Virus record (IMG/VR): IMGVR_UViG_3300006925_000007
Location: 32,001 to 96,000 of that record
Direction: 5' to 3' (one strand)
DNA from: a virus
Length of the DNA: 64,000 bases
Shown: positions 18,559 to 30,400 of the stretch, piece after piece
How positions within the stretch are numbered: position 1 is the first letter of the stretch
Layout of the letters: every line of letters starts with the position of its first letter
Notes under the pieces: generated by a model
The model's input: only the letters and a program-made list of their open reading frames with translations
Told to the model about the DNA's origin: nothing
The model's database searches: none
Program-made: the position numbers and the translations under genes

Positions 18559-21093
18559 TTACTTTTTAAGTTCTTTAACTTCTGCTGATAGTTCTTTAAC
18601 CGCTTCAATTAATAGACCTGTAATGTTACCATAAGCAACATGATGTAAACCGTTTGCATCTGTGTGAACTGCTTCAGGTAATACTGCGTTTAATTCCTGA
18701 GCAACAACACCTGTTGATACTGAACCGTCTTCTAGTCTTTCAAAAGTAACACCGCGAACTGCTTCAACTCTATTTAGAGCGTTGTCAATTGTTTGGATGT
18801 TAGTTTTCAAACTCTCATCTGAGTAAGCTGTAATATCACCTGTTGCTGTAAAGCCACCTGTGAATGAACCTGACATTGCAATATCGTTTGCATTAACAGT
18901 AATACCGTTACCTGCAATTGCATTTAATGTAACACTTGAGTTTCCAGTTTGGTTAGCAGTGAATGATCCACCACCTGTCATACCAGCACCTGCTGTTACT
19001 GTCATTGTTCCATCACCAATTGTCAATCCACTAATAGCTGCTGAAAGTTCAGCATCTGTTGCCATTGCGTCTTGGATTTCTTTTAGTGTATCAAAAGCCG
19101 CGCCTGCACCGTTAGTTACGTCTGAAACTGCTGCTGCTCTGGCTGCATCTGCTTTAGTAGTTGCATCTGCTGCCGCTGTGCTAATTGCATCTGCTTCGGC
19201 TTGATCTGCATATGTCTGATATGCAGTTGTGATTGCAGTTGTTTGAGCTGTATCTTTAGCTGTTGCATCTGCACTTGCTGTTGCTTCTGCTGCCGCCTGG
19301 GCTGCATCTGCTTTAGTAGTTGCATCTGCTGCCGCTGTGCTAATTGCATCTGCTTCTGCCGTATCTGCATAAGTTTCTAATGCAGTTGTTTGTGCCGCAT
19401 CTGCTGCCGCCCAAGCTGTATTAATTGCAGCTTCTCTTGTATCAGTATATGCTTTTGCATCTACTTCGGCTGCGTCTGCTTTAGATGTTGCATCTGCTGC
19501 CGCTGTGCTAATTGCATCTGCCTCAGCTGCGTCTGCCTTAGTAGTTGCGTCTGCTGCCGCTGTGCTAATTGCATCTGCTTCGGCATTATCTGCATATGTT
19601 CTGTATGCTGATGTAATTGCTACTTCACGTGCATCAATATATGAATGTTCAGCATCTGCTTTAGTAGTTGCATCTGTTGCCGCTGCTGCCTGAGCCGCAT
19701 TTGCTTTAGTAGTTGCATCTGCTGCCGCTGTGCTAATTGCATCTGCTTCGGCTTGATCTGCTTTAGTAGTTGCATCACTTGCCGCTGTGCTAATTGCATC
19801 TGCTTCGGCTTGATCTGCATACGATTGAGCTGATGATAATGTTGCCGCATCCTGTGTGTCAACATATGTAGTTGCTGCTTTTAGACCCAATGCTGTAGTC
19901 ATTGTTGCACTAAAGTTAGCATCATCACCTAACGCTGCCGCTAGTTCATTTAACGTATCAATTGCACCTGGTGCCGAGTCAACTAAGTTAGCAACTTCAG
20001 TATCAGTATATGAAGCAGCTGCTGTTTGTGCCGCATTTGCTTTAGCTGTTGCGTCTGCACTTGCTGTTGCTTCTGCTGCCGTTTGGGCTGCACTTGCTTT
20101 AGTAGATGCGTCTGCACTTGCAGTTGAAATTGCATCTGCTTCGGCTGTATCTGCGTAAGTTTGCATTGCAGTTGTTACTGCTGCGTCACCTGCCGCCCAA
20201 GCAGTATTAATGCTTGAAGTTTGTGCCGTATCTGCCGCTGCCCATGCCGTATTAATTGCTGTTTCACGTGTGTCAGTGTATGCTTTAGCGTCTGTTTCTG
20301 CCGTATCTGCATATGATTCATATGCAGTTGTGATTGCTGTTTCTCTTGTATCAGTATATGCTTTAGCGTCTGCTTCGGCTGTATCTGCATAAGTTTCTAA
20401 TGCAGTTGTTTGAGCTGTATCTGCCGCTGCCCATGCCGTATTAATAGCCGTATCAGCCGCTGCAAATTCAGTGCGGATAGCCGCTCTGTCTGTAGATGCT
20501 GATGCTAAAGCTGTAGTAATAGTTGCCGCATAGTTGGCGTCATCGCCTAATGCATTTGCTATTTCATTCAAAGTATCTAAGGCGCCTGGCGCTCCATTTA
20601 CTAAGTCTGAAATTGCATCATCAACATAAGATTTATTTGCACCATCTGTTGCTGCTGTAGGAGTTCCTACATTAACAATTTTATTTGAATCTGCATCAAT
20701 TTTATCACCAAATACAACCGCTGTTCCACCTGCGTCAGTAATTTTCTTACCTGATCCCATTTGTAACGTTTGTTGGACTGAAATTGGTTGATCTGAAGCA
20801 AATGCAATTTGTCCAGATCCTGTAGTTCTTGTTAATAGACCTTGGTTGTTGTCCGCCGATACGACGATTGTTCCAGAGTCTGAGTGAAGGACTTTTTGTC
20901 CATCAACATATAATGAGCCTTGTGATAAAAACAAGTCTCGCCATTTCTTCGTTGTTGAGCCTAAATCGTAACCTGTGGTTCCATCAGAGTCAACAGTTGG
21001 AAGAATGTGGCCGGTCATTTCCAGATTAGCTGATATGCTTGAATCATCGCTAGTTTGGAAGCCGCCGTCGATTATAAATTTTTTCTGTGCCAT
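18559..21093 (-). CDS. Tail fibre with Ala-rich repeats and S74 chaperone
   Basis: About ten (Y)ADxAExDA repeats; AY|SDESLKTNI..GVVAQEL..VLPEAV..AYGNITGLLIEAVKEL; GGTAAATA at 21144-21151. Confidence 0.85.
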   Translation of the reverse strand: MAQKKFIIDGGFQTSDDSSISANLEMTGHILPTVDSDGTTGYDLGSTTKKWRDLFLSQGSLYVDGQKVLHSDSGTIVVSADNNQGLLTRTTGSGQIAFASDQPISVQQTLQMGSGKKITDAGGTAVVFGDKIDADSNKIVNVGTPTAATDGANKSYVDDAISDLVNGAPGALDTLNEIANALGDDANYAATITTALASASTDRAAIRTEFAAADTAINTAWAAADTAQTTALETYADTAEADAKAYTDTRETAITTAYESYADTAETDAKAYTDTRETAINTAWAAADTAQTSSINTAWAAGDAAVTTAMQTYADTAEADAISTASADASTKASAAQTAAEATASADATAKANAAQTAAASYTDTEVANLVDSAPGAIDTLNELAAALGDDANFSATMTTALGLKAATTYVDTQDAATLSSAQSYADQAEADAISTAASDATTKADQAEADAISTAAADATTKANAAQAAAATDATTKADAEHSYIDAREVAITSAYRTYADNAEADAISTAAADATTKADAAEADAISTAAADATSKADAAEVDAKAYTDTREAAINTAWAAADAAQTTALETYADTAEADAISTAAADATTKADAAQAAAEATASADATAKDTAQTTAITTAYQTYADQAEADAISTAAADATTKADAARAAAVSDVTNGAGAAFDTLKEIQDAMATDAELSAAISGLTIGDGTMTVTAGAGMTGGGSFTANQTGNSSVTLNAIAGNGITVNANDIAMSGSFTGGFTATGDITAYSDESLKTNIQTIDNALNRVEAVRGVTFERLEDGSVSTGVVAQELNAVLPEAVHTDANGLHHVAYGNITGLLIEAVKELSAEVKELKK

Positions 21094-21208
21094 ATTTTAA
21101 TTTTCCTTTTTCGCGAAAAACGGATCTACATTGAGTAGCAATGTATTTACCGTTATCTTTAACATATTAAATGCTTTTATATTCATAATATACTTAACCT
21201 CTAATATG

Positions 21209-21231
21209 GGGTGCAACCTCGGGCTGCACCC
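21209..21231 (-). terminator. GC-rich stem-loop after the 1501-aa fibre gene (terminator or 3' stabiliser)
   Basis: GGGUGCAGCC-CGA-GGUUGCACCC on the minus strand; the U-tail is weak. Confidence 0.5.
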
Positions 21232-21253
21232 TATTAATATTGGTTACCTCAAC

Positions 21254-24200
21254 TTACACATCAATGTATGTTGAAATAACTTTTACTGTTGCTGTTCCTG
21301 AGTTAGTTGTATAGGTTAACTCTACGTTAGCTCCGTTCATGTCAACACTTGCGTCACCCACTAAGCTAGAACCTGTATACACCATCGCATATTCTGTGAT
21401 GTATGCTGTAGTTCCATCGTGTGTAACTAGTGCTTCACGTGTTTCGTAATTTCCATTACCATCGTCTGCTTGTATAATATACTTCGCTGAACGATATGTT
21501 GCTTTAGCAAAGGTATCGATTACATCTCCACCTGTTGTAGTTGAAACATTCGAACCTTGCACGTATGCTTTGATATCAGCTGATAATTTATCAGTTGTTA
21601 CCTGTCCTGCTGTTAGCGTTGGTGATAGTCCTACTTGAGGAGCAATAACAACTGCTTGTGTGCCTACCGGCATTGCAGATGTTAATGTAATCACTTGGCT
21701 AGCAATTGTATAGTGTGTAACTGGATCCTGAATAACACCGCCAACAAATACAAATGCATCCGCTTGATTAATATCTTGCGTTAATGCAAATTGTGTTGCA
21801 ACACCGTCACCTGCAATAGTTTGACGGAAGTTGTTAGTGAATATCAATGAAGGATCTTTAAGTTCCATACCATCTTCGTTTGAATTAACAGTTAAAACAT
21901 ATCCATCTTTGTTAGTATATGCTGTGTCGCTTACATCTGTTAAATCTAGGACTGTTTTATCAGTATCAACGCTAATAACACCTGTGCTATTGTTATAACT
22001 TACTAAACCATCGCCTGCTGTATCTGTTACAGATATAGCTGCTCTTGATCTAGCATCAGTGTAATATAGGTTTGAACCTTCAGCTAAGTCGTCTGTGTCA
22101 AAGTTTGACAAGTCTAGTGCAGAAACTGCCGCATCTAGTTGACTTTTGTTGATGGCATCGCCTGCCGCTGTTCCGTTTGCAAGTCCAGTTACTTTATTGC
22201 TACCCATTGCAATATCACCCGACATAGTTCCACCAGCAAGTGCTAGTTTAAGGTCGATGTTTGATTGTAATGTAGTATCTGCTGCCTTATAAGCTGTATC
22301 TAACGCCGTATCTGCCGCTGCACGATCAATTAGCTCTTGAGCTAAGCCTGCCGTGTTAGTTGCAATATCAGTTGCGTTAGCATTTACTAGTCCAGTCAAT
22401 GTGCTATCAGCACCTTGGAATGCAGTTACAATTTCTGTAAGTGAATCTAGTGCTGCTGGATCAGTGTTGCTTAGAATACCTGCAATTGCTGTTGCGTTTA
22501 CCGCCTCTGCCGCTTGTGCTCTTGTGGCTTCTGCTGCAATTGAGGCTGCGTTAGTTACAACGTCTGCTGCAATGGCGTTTTCTGCCGTTGTAGCTCTTGT
22601 TGTTTCTGCCGCAATTGCGTTAGCATTTGCAACTTCTGCCGCACGTGCTGTAGTTGCCTCTGCCGCTACCGCAGTAGTTCTGTCAGTAACTTCTTGTGCA
22701 ATAGCATCTGCGTTTGCTTTAGCTTGTGCATCAAGTAATAAGTCAACTGCTTTTAAGTTAGAACCAGCATCAATGTAGTTTGAACCACTGTGTGCTGTAT
22801 ATGTTCCGTCTAAGTTCAGTCCACCACTTGCCTGTGTTGCTGTAATTTCTAACAAGTTAGCCGCTGCCGATGCCGCATTTGCCTGCTCAGCCGCTCTGGC
22901 TGTTGATGCCTCTGCTGCTAAACCGTTTGTAAGAACTAATTCTGCCGCTTCTGCTCTAGTCTTTTCAGTTAGAACTTCTGCATCAGTATAAGTTGCCGCT
23001 GCCGTAATAGCATCTGCTTCTGCCGTATCTGCATACGATTGTAAAGCTGTTGTTTGGGCTGCGTCTGCTGCCGTAAATGCACTTGTTACTACTACGTCTG
23101 CCGCAATATAAGCCGCTGTAACAACACCGTCAGCTGCTGCAAATTCTGTGCGAATTGCCGCTCTGTCTGTGTTTGCTGCCGCTAAGTTAGTATCAACTTC
23201 ACCGTGAACTTCGTTTACTGCTGCAACTAAATCAGATGCTGTAGTATTTAAGTTACCAATTGTGCCTATATTAGTAGTATTAGTGTTTACTTCACCATGC
23301 ACTTCGTTAATAGCACCAACAAGTGTTGTTGCTGTTGTGTCTAGTGATTGTCCACCTGTTGAAACTACTGCTTCTAAACTATCTAAACGACCTTCTGCTG
23401 CGTCCATTTCTGTTTCTAGTGTTACAATGTCAGCTTCGTTAGTTGTTAAACGTGTTCCGTTAGCTGTAATTAGACCTTGTAAAGTTGAATCAGCGGCTGC
23501 AAAAGCATCACCAATTTCTTTTAATGTGTCTAATGCACCATCGGCATTTAACAAGATAGCGTCAACACGAGCTGATTCAGTATCAATGTTACTTTGTAAC
23601 GTTGCGTCTGCTGCCGCTCTGGCTGTTGATTCAGTTGTAATAGCTGCTGCGTTTGTAGAACCAGTTACTGTGTTAGCGTCTACGTCTGTGCGTAAACCTG
23701 CTTCAATACCAGTTGCACGTGTTACTTCATTTGTAATAGCAGTAGTGTTTGCACCTTCTGCCGCTCTAGCAGTTGTGGCTTCCGCCGCAATTGCGTTTGC
23801 GTTTACAAGTTCTGCTGCTCTGGCTGTTGTAGCTTCTGCTGTAATGTTAGCTTGTAACGTGTTATCTGCAGATGTTCTATCTGTAACTTCTTGTGCAATT
23901 GCTGCCGTGTTAGTTGCAATGTCACTTGTGTTAGTTGATATGTCACCAGCGTTAGCTGTTACTTGAAGTTGAATAGCTGCGTCTGCCGCCTTATAAGCTG
24001 TATCTAGAGCCGTGTCAGCTGTTTGAAACGCTGTAGTTACTGCCGCGTCACCACTATCAATACGAGCTTTTACAGTGTTACCATTTGTTCCGTCTACAGT
24101 TGCATCACCAATTAGTGCTGCGTCTTCTGTATCTGCATGTGCAATCGCTGCCGCCTGTGCCGCGTTTGCTTTAGTAGTTGCGTCTGCTGCCGCTGTTGCC

Positions 24201-25744
24201 ACAGATGCCGCATCACCACTAATTCTTGCAGTTTCTTCTGCAGTGATATTAGTTTGTAATGTAGTGTCTGCTGATGCACGTGAAGCCGCTTCAGTGTTGA
24301 TATTACCTTGTAATGTAGTATCAGCACTTGCTCTTGCAGTTGCTTCAGTTGAGATAGCTGTAGTATTTGACGCAATTAAGGCACTAAAGTTACTGTCAGC
24401 TGCCTGGAACGCCGCTACAATTTCTGTTAACGAGTCTAATGCTGCTGGATCTGTATTGCTGATAATGTCATCAATACGTGCTGTTTCTGTGTCAATGTTT
24501 CCTTGTAGAACACCTTCGCGTGTGTCTGTGTATGCTTTTGCGTCTACTTCGGCTTGGTCAGCATATGCTTCCCAGGCTGTAGTATTTGCAGTTGTTTGAG
24601 CTGTGTCAGCCGCTGCCCACGCCGTATTAATACTTGTAGTTTGTGCCGCATCTGCTGCCGCCCAAGCTGTATTAATTGCTGTTTCACGTGTGTCAGTGTA
24701 TGCTTTAGCATCTACTTCTGCTTGATCGGCATATGCCTCCCACGCTGTAGTATTTGCTGTTGTCTGAGCCGTATCTGCTGCCGCAAAATCAGTTCTGATA
24801 CTTGTATCAGCGTTCTGTCTTGCAGTTTCTTCAGAAGCGATATCAGCCGCGTTTGCCGCCTCAGCTCCTCTGGCAGTAGTTGCCTCTGCCGCTAAATTTG
24901 TTGTTAAGGTTGAGATATCTGCGTTAGTGGCTGAAATTTCAGCTGCTAATCCATTTGTTAATGTTGTGATATCACCTTCATTTGCAGTAACACGAACGTC
25001 TAAGGCATTATCTGCCGCTGTTCTTAATCCTGCTTCAGTAACTACCGCTGCTGCGTTAGTTGCCTCAACTCCTTGTGCTCTAGTAATCTCAGCCGCAATA
25101 TCACTTGCGTTTTGAGTTTCAGCTGCTGTTGCTCTAGTAACCTCATTTGAGATTGCTGTGGCGTTTGCTGCAATACCTGCCGTAAATACTGAGTCTGCAC
25201 TTTGGAATGCAGTTACAATTTCACTAAGCGAGTCTAGTGCTGCTGGATCTGTGTTACCTATAATATTTGTAATCTGTGTTTGTAATGCCGTATCTGCTGC
25301 CTTATAAGCTGTATCTAGGGCACTCTCAGCCGCTAATGCACGTGTTTCCTCGTTTGAGATAGCAGTGGTGTTTGCACCTTCTGCCGCACGAGCCGTAGTA
25401 GCTTCGTTTGTAATTGCTGTTGTATTAGCCGATTCTGCTGCTGTGGCGCGATTCGTTTCTACTAAAACTGCTGCTGCGATATCTGAAGCAACTGCTGTCT
25501 TGGCTCTAGCATCAGTAAAGTATAAGTTTGAGCCTTCTGATAAATCATCGGTATCATATGAACCAATAAGATCAGCTGCTGAAACTTTCTTCAAAGATGA
25601 TGAAGCTGCGACGTGTAATAGAATTGTATCTAACGAATTAACTGAACTTGCACCTGTTTGGCCAGAAACGGATGCTGCGTCTAGTTTGGATTCGGTTACT
25701 GATGCGTTAGCAAGAGCCGGCGTTTTTATTTGTCTAAAAGCCAT
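21254..25744 (-). CDS. Long coiled-coil fibre / appendage protein (about 1496 aa)
   Basis: E..RA.AAE repeats and three TDPAALDSL.EIV motifs. The likely start is ATG 25744 (MAFRQIK) behind a GGAG SD; late box at 25833-25840. Confidence 0.8.
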   Translation of the reverse strand: MAFRQIKTPALANASVTESKLDAASVSGQTGASSVNSLDTILLHVAASSSLKKVSAADLIGSYDTDDLSEGSNLYFTDARAKTAVASDIAAAVLVETNRATAAESANTTAITNEATTARAAEGANTTAISNEETRALAAESALDTAYKAADTALQTQITNIIGNTDPAALDSLSEIVTAFQSADSVFTAGIAANATAISNEVTRATAAETQNASDIAAEITRAQGVEATNAAAVVTEAGLRTAADNALDVRVTANEGDITTLTNGLAAEISATNADISTLTTNLAAEATTARGAEAANAADIASEETARQNADTSIRTDFAAADTAQTTANTTAWEAYADQAEVDAKAYTDTRETAINTAWAAADAAQTTSINTAWAAADTAQTTANTTAWEAYADQAEVDAKAYTDTREGVLQGNIDTETARIDDIISNTDPAALDSLTEIVAAFQAADSNFSALIASNTTAISTEATARASADTTLQGNINTEAASRASADTTLQTNITAEETARISGDAASVATAAADATTKANAAQAAAIAHADTEDAALIGDATVDGTNGNTVKARIDSGDAAVTTAFQTADTALDTAYKAADAAIQLQVTANAGDISTNTSDIATNTAAIAQEVTDRTSADNTLQANITAEATTARAAELVNANAIAAEATTARAAEGANTTAITNEVTRATGIEAGLRTDVDANTVTGSTNAAAITTESTARAAADATLQSNIDTESARVDAILLNADGALDTLKEIGDAFAAADSTLQGLITANGTRLTTNEADIVTLETEMDAAEGRLDSLEAVVSTGGQSLDTTATTLVGAINEVHGEVNTNTTNIGTIGNLNTTASDLVAAVNEVHGEVDTNLAAANTDRAAIRTEFAAADGVVTAAYIAADVVVTSAFTAADAAQTTALQSYADTAEADAITAAATYTDAEVLTEKTRAEAAELVLTNGLAAEASTARAAEQANAASAAANLLEITATQASGGLNLDGTYTAHSGSNYIDAGSNLKAVDLLLDAQAKANADAIAQEVTDRTTAVAAEATTARAAEVANANAIAAETTRATTAENAIAADVVTNAASIAAEATRAQAAEAVNATAIAGILSNTDPAALDSLTEIVTAFQGADSTLTGLVNANATDIATNTAGLAQELIDRAAADTALDTAYKAADTTLQSNIDLKLALAGGTMSGDIAMGSNKVTGLANGTAAGDAINKSQLDAAVSALDLSNFDTDDLAEGSNLYYTDARSRAAISVTDTAGDGLVSYNNSTGVISVDTDKTVLDLTDVSDTAYTNKDGYVLTVNSNEDGMELKDPSLIFTNNFRQTIAGDGVATQFALTQDINQADAFVFVGGVIQDPVTHYTIASQVITLTSAMPVGTQAVVIAPQVGLSPTLTAGQVTTDKLSADIKAYVQGSNVSTTTGGDVIDTFAKATYRSAKYIIQADDGNGNYETREALVTHDGTTAYITEYAMVYTGSSLVGDASVDMNGANVELTYTTNSGTATVKVISTYIDV

Positions 25745-25885
25745 GTTAGATTTCTCCAATCAATATATTGATAAAAACATATAAATTCTTTTATATGCCC
25801 AAGACAATGAGCTCACACTCATTGCATAATGTTATTTATCAATATATTGTGAAGATTATAACGTATGAAAATGATATTTATGACT

Positions 25886-27469
25886 TTAATTTGGTAAGTA
25901 TCTAAAGTCAACTACTGCGTTAGTGGATGGTGCAGTAGTAATGGTTAGCGTTGATCCGCTAATGCTGTATTCAGTTGGTGGTAGAATTAATCCGTCTACA
26001 ATAACCAATACACTGTGAACAGTATGTCCAGGTTGTATTAAGTAATCTGTAGTGGAGTTGTTTCCTGTATACTGACTACTAGTATATATCAAATTTAAGT
26101 GATGGTTTTCTATACTGTTATTGGCAGGTGATGACATTGTTGCATATGGATATCTATACTTGACATAAATGTTAAATCCAGAATCTGGTAACACATTAAA
26201 TGTTAGCGTAGTTCCACTTACAGAGTAGATGCTAGGTCGTTGTAAGACATCGTTAACATACACATCAATTTCTTCTTCTCCTGCTGGAGCATCAGTAAGT
26301 GTAAATGAGTAACCTATACCGTCTGCTGTAAATTCTTGTGATGCTGGAAGTGACGACTGTGTTAGTTGTCCGTCTACAAAACTAAATCCGCCATTACCAT
26401 CTGTTTGTAGTATTTGGCCGTTTGTTCCGTCACTGATACCTAAGTCAAGTATTCCACTTACATCACTAGCAATTGTTATGCCTTTTGATCCAGGTGTTGT
26501 AACTGGTGTAATAGTAATATTATTACCAGCACGAATATCAATTTCGTCAACAGCACTTGCAACAATATCAGTTGGTGTTAAATCACTTACCGTATCGTAT
26601 ATGTGCCACGTTTTAAACGTTGACTCAAGTGTAATTGTAACTGTGCCATCGCTGTTGTCTGTTAGTGCAAAACCACCATCAACATCAAATTTCAATCCTG
26701 TTACATCTGCTACACTTACGTTTGATGACGGGTCGTTAATTTCTTCAACTGTAAGTGCCAAATCGCTTCGTATAGCGGTGTTTACGTTAGCAAGCTCTGT
26801 TGATGTTGCGAACGTTCCATCAGCTGTTTGAAACGCATTTACGATCTCTGTAAGCGAGTCTAGTGCTGCAGGATCTGTGTTTGTAAGTATGCTTTGAACT
26901 TGAGATTGTAGTGTGCTAATATCAGCTGATATACTTGCTGATGCTACGCCAAACTGTCCGCTGTATGTAGCACCTGTAATATAAACACTTTTACCTGTAA
27001 ACGATTTACCATCTGGTAAGTTTTCACCAATAAAGTTTAATACACCTGATTGATAATCAAAGAACCATTCATCGTTATTACCACTACCAGTAGTAAAGAC
27101 TTTGTTGGACATTGTTTCAGCACCAGCAGAATCTCCGCTAGTGTGAATATAAACGTTTACAAGATATGTTGATCCAAATTCTGTTGGAATCCAGTCTGTT
27201 ATTCCTGTTTTCCATGTTCTGTTTGTTGACGCTGTAATATCAGCTGTAGTTTCAACTGCCGTTTGTAGCGTTACATAGCTATTAGAAGCAGAAGGTTTTA
27301 CACTTGGTATTTGTGCCGACTCTGCCCAAATCGTATCACCACGTATCAGTAGTGGACTTGGTAAACTTTCGTTGGCCGCTAATTTATTAAAGACTGTGTC
27401 AGTCTTAGTGGCACCGAATCCAACTTTCTTAAATAGATAGTCTAACTTTTGATTATCGGATATTGCCAT
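25886..27469 (-). CDS. Virion structural protein
   Basis: Shares TDPAALDSLTEIV with the fibre gene; two C-terminal V.V.G/D.L..P..YS.SG.TLT beta modules. Confidence 0.7.
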   Translation of the reverse strand: MAISDNQKLDYLFKKVGFGATKTDTVFNKLAANESLPSPLLIRGDTIWAESAQIPSVKPSASNSYVTLQTAVETTADITASTNRTWKTGITDWIPTEFGSTYLVNVYIHTSGDSAGAETMSNKVFTTGSGNNDEWFFDYQSGVLNFIGENLPDGKSFTGKSVYITGATYSGQFGVASASISADISTLQSQVQSILTNTDPAALDSLTEIVNAFQTADGTFATSTELANVNTAIRSDLALTVEEINDPSSNVSVADVTGLKFDVDGGFALTDNSDGTVTITLESTFKTWHIYDTVSDLTPTDIVASAVDEIDIRAGNNITITPVTTPGSKGITIASDVSGILDLGISDGTNGQILQTDGNGGFSFVDGQLTQSSLPASQEFTADGIGYSFTLTDAPAGEEEIDVYVNDVLQRPSIYSVSGTTLTFNVLPDSGFNIYVKYRYPYATMSSPANNSIENHHLNLIYTSSQYTGNNSTTDYLIQPGHTVHSVLVIVDGLILPPTEYSISGSTLTITTAPSTNAVVDFRYLPN

Positions 27470-30400
27470 TAGTTAGCTTCTCCTATTGATAGACTGTTTA
27501 TTTGTTTGCCACTAGCAATTGCTATTCTAACCAACACAACATTGTTTGTTGCATTACTCATGTTTTCAGCACCTAGTGTCATTGTGTAGCTTGAGTTAAT
27601 GCTTGTGTTTGTTGGAACAACATCTGCACCTGTTAATGCACAGCCATCTGATCCGTTACCTCCGTTTCCAGTATCACTACCAGGAACACCTGCACCTGCA
27701 TATTGACTTGTGCATTCGATCCAACCATTTAATCCACTTGCAGTATCTATGCCAGTTCCAGGAGCTGCAATCCACATACCTGCAATGCCCGTAGAGTTAA
27801 TGCTAATGTCGAAGTTAGCAACAACTTGTCTACGGAATGCAAATGTAAAGTATTGTGTTCCTGTATCTGAACTTCTATCAGGACCAACTGGTAGGTAGCC
27901 TGTGCTATAATCTGCAGTGTCGTGTTTTAACACACCCCATCTTACAGTAGCTTCTTGACTTCCACTTACACTAATTGCACCAGTAAATGGTGTAGCAGTA
28001 TAATCAGTTGATCCGACAATAGTAGGAGTGTCCGTAGAATCCGCCACAAAGTCTGCAATACGAATTGCATTGTCTGTGACTACCCCATTACCTAAACTGG
28101 ATTCTACAGGTATGGACGACTCAATTATTCCAAATGGTGTCGCTGTATGCACTTGAACTTTCTCGGGAAGAGAAACAAAGTTTCCAGTGCCATTGACATT
28201 ATATGCTCTAACTTTCAAAGTTTCCACAGCCGCTATACTTGAATTAGTAATATCGATTGTTTGATCAGCAAATTGATAAGTTAAAGTGTTCGCTGTTGGA
28301 ATGCCAGCGTTTAGGTAAGGGGTATTCTCTAAATCTGAATAACTCTTATATTGAGTGCTAATAGTTGCGCCACTTGTGCTTTCTAAATTAGCACCATTAG
28401 ATATTTCAAACACATTATTTGTATCTCTATATGCCTGTCCAATCCAATTGTTTACTGTAACACCAGCCATTGTTAATTTTGGACTTCCTGTGTTATAGTA
28501 TGGTATGCCCGAAATATATCTATAGCTACCGGCAACATCTTCTGTAAGTGTTGCACTAGCTACATCAATAGTTGGGCTACTTGTTAGGTCGTCACAAACC
28601 ACTGTAACATAGTTTGTGTTGCCTGTTTCACTGTGTTCTATACGTTGGTCGTTAACACCAATTGTATATTCAGAAAATGGTTTAGAAATTTTTGAATCAA
28701 ATGTTTGATAAAAACCTGTAGGATAAGTTGAAGAACTTATACTATCGTTTGCATCTCTTTGATCACTAACAACAAGACTTCCAAAAGTGCCGTTTTCGTT
28801 TAAGGAAGTTGTAAAGTTTTGAGAACCATCGTCGACGCCATTGACAACTGATTTTACTGTTCCACTTAATCCATTATATGAATTTTGTGCAACACTAGTG
28901 TCAAGGTTTCCACTTGTGTATCGTCTTGCTGTAGTTGTTTCCAAACTTGCACCTGCTACTAATGGAGCTGATGCACTGTTTTCTGTGAACCCATGTGCCA
29001 GTTTAGGACTAAGTCCTTGTGCTGAGTCTGTTAGTGAAATTGTTTTGCTACTTAATCCGCTTGGTGCATTTGGAACTGCATTTACTTGAAAGGTTAAGTT
29101 AGCTGAATCTGTTTGTGCGGTTATATCCGGTGTTCCGCTTGCTGTAAAGTCTAATTGGTAGTTACCTGGTGTAACACCTGTAAAGTCATGTTGGACACTG
29201 TTTAGTCCTGCTTCATTATCATTAGCACTGCTATCGTTCCAATCATATTCATGATTGTCACCATTTTCACTTGTGTTACTTACAGTAACTAATGCTCTGT
29301 TTACGCCGTCATAATCTACGCCGTCATATACGTCATATTGATTATCGCCATTGCGATCTGAAACTGTATCTGCACTACCTGAGATGCTTGCTCTAACATC
29401 TGGCTCAACATGAATTGTAAAGTTTGAACTTGAGAAAGGACTGTTACTATGATCGTTTATAACTTGTAAGTTACCTGTAAAGTCTTGAGGTGTATTATTG
29501 CTTGAAAGTGTATACTTATGTGATATTGTTTGTCCTGTATCACCAGATTGATTACTTCCTGCGTTTACTGTTGTGATTGTTCCATCGCCAAACGCCCATC
29601 TATACGTTGTTCCAAACTGTGTGTGATTACCAATTGTATTTTCTGTATTGTTTGTAAATATTACAGTAAGACCGTTATTGGCTTCTTCGTTAATACCTGT
29701 AGTAAGATCAGAAGTTGTGTCGGGCGTGTGTTCATCATAAATTTTATATGAAGCATCGTCGTCAATTGGGAGTAATGATGGCGTAGCTGTGCTATGACTG
29801 TCTAATGTTAGTGTAACGGTTCTTTGCACTTCTGCTTCTGTGCTAAGAGCAAACGTGTGGGCTAAACGTCCTCCACCAACACCGCCTGCTACACTATCGC
29901 TATTAATAACTTCATCTGATGAGCCATCACCCCAATTCCATGTGTATTGAATTGTTGCTCCTGATGTGTTAGTTGTTGTATTTTCAAAATAGACAGTATC
30001 GCCATCATCCCAATATGTAATTGCGTTGCCACCTGTTGGTGCATCGTATACTACAAATGAAACTGCTGGGTCGCCTGTAAAAATGGCTATGTAGTCTTCT
30101 CTTATTTTTTGTGCTGAGCTACCTGCTCCTGTTCCTGTATTGTTAAACGCTGTTACGTCTACATCAAACGGAGATCCGCTATTAGAAGCATATGTATGTG
30201 TGGGAGTTGAATCTGTTGTGGCTGTGGTTGTATTTCCGTCACCCCAATCAATTGTATATCTGTTTGGATTACCTACTGAGCTAATAGTTAGTGTTGCTGT
30301 TAATCCTGCACCACCTGATGTTAAGTCAGAAACAAAGTCTACGGACTTAACATAAGAATCTGTTCTTATATTTTCAATGATTTCAAGTATGTCATCTGTG

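Noticed and set aside
16871-19255. Repeat pair as a DGR template/variable region
   Set aside because: The copies are identical rather than differing at adenines, both are mid-gene coding sequence, and there is no reverse transcriptase in the window.
19100-20450. Regularly recurring 30-45 bp repeats resembling a CRISPR array
   Set aside because: The repeats are in-frame parts of a continuous CDS, the intervening sequences are themselves repetitive, and no cas genes are present.
16500-25784. Many long plus-strand and alternative-frame ORFs over the fibre genes
   Set aside because: These are shadow ORFs caused by Ala/Thr/Asp codon bias and repeats in the real minus-strand genes. They lack SD sequences and have low-complexity translations.
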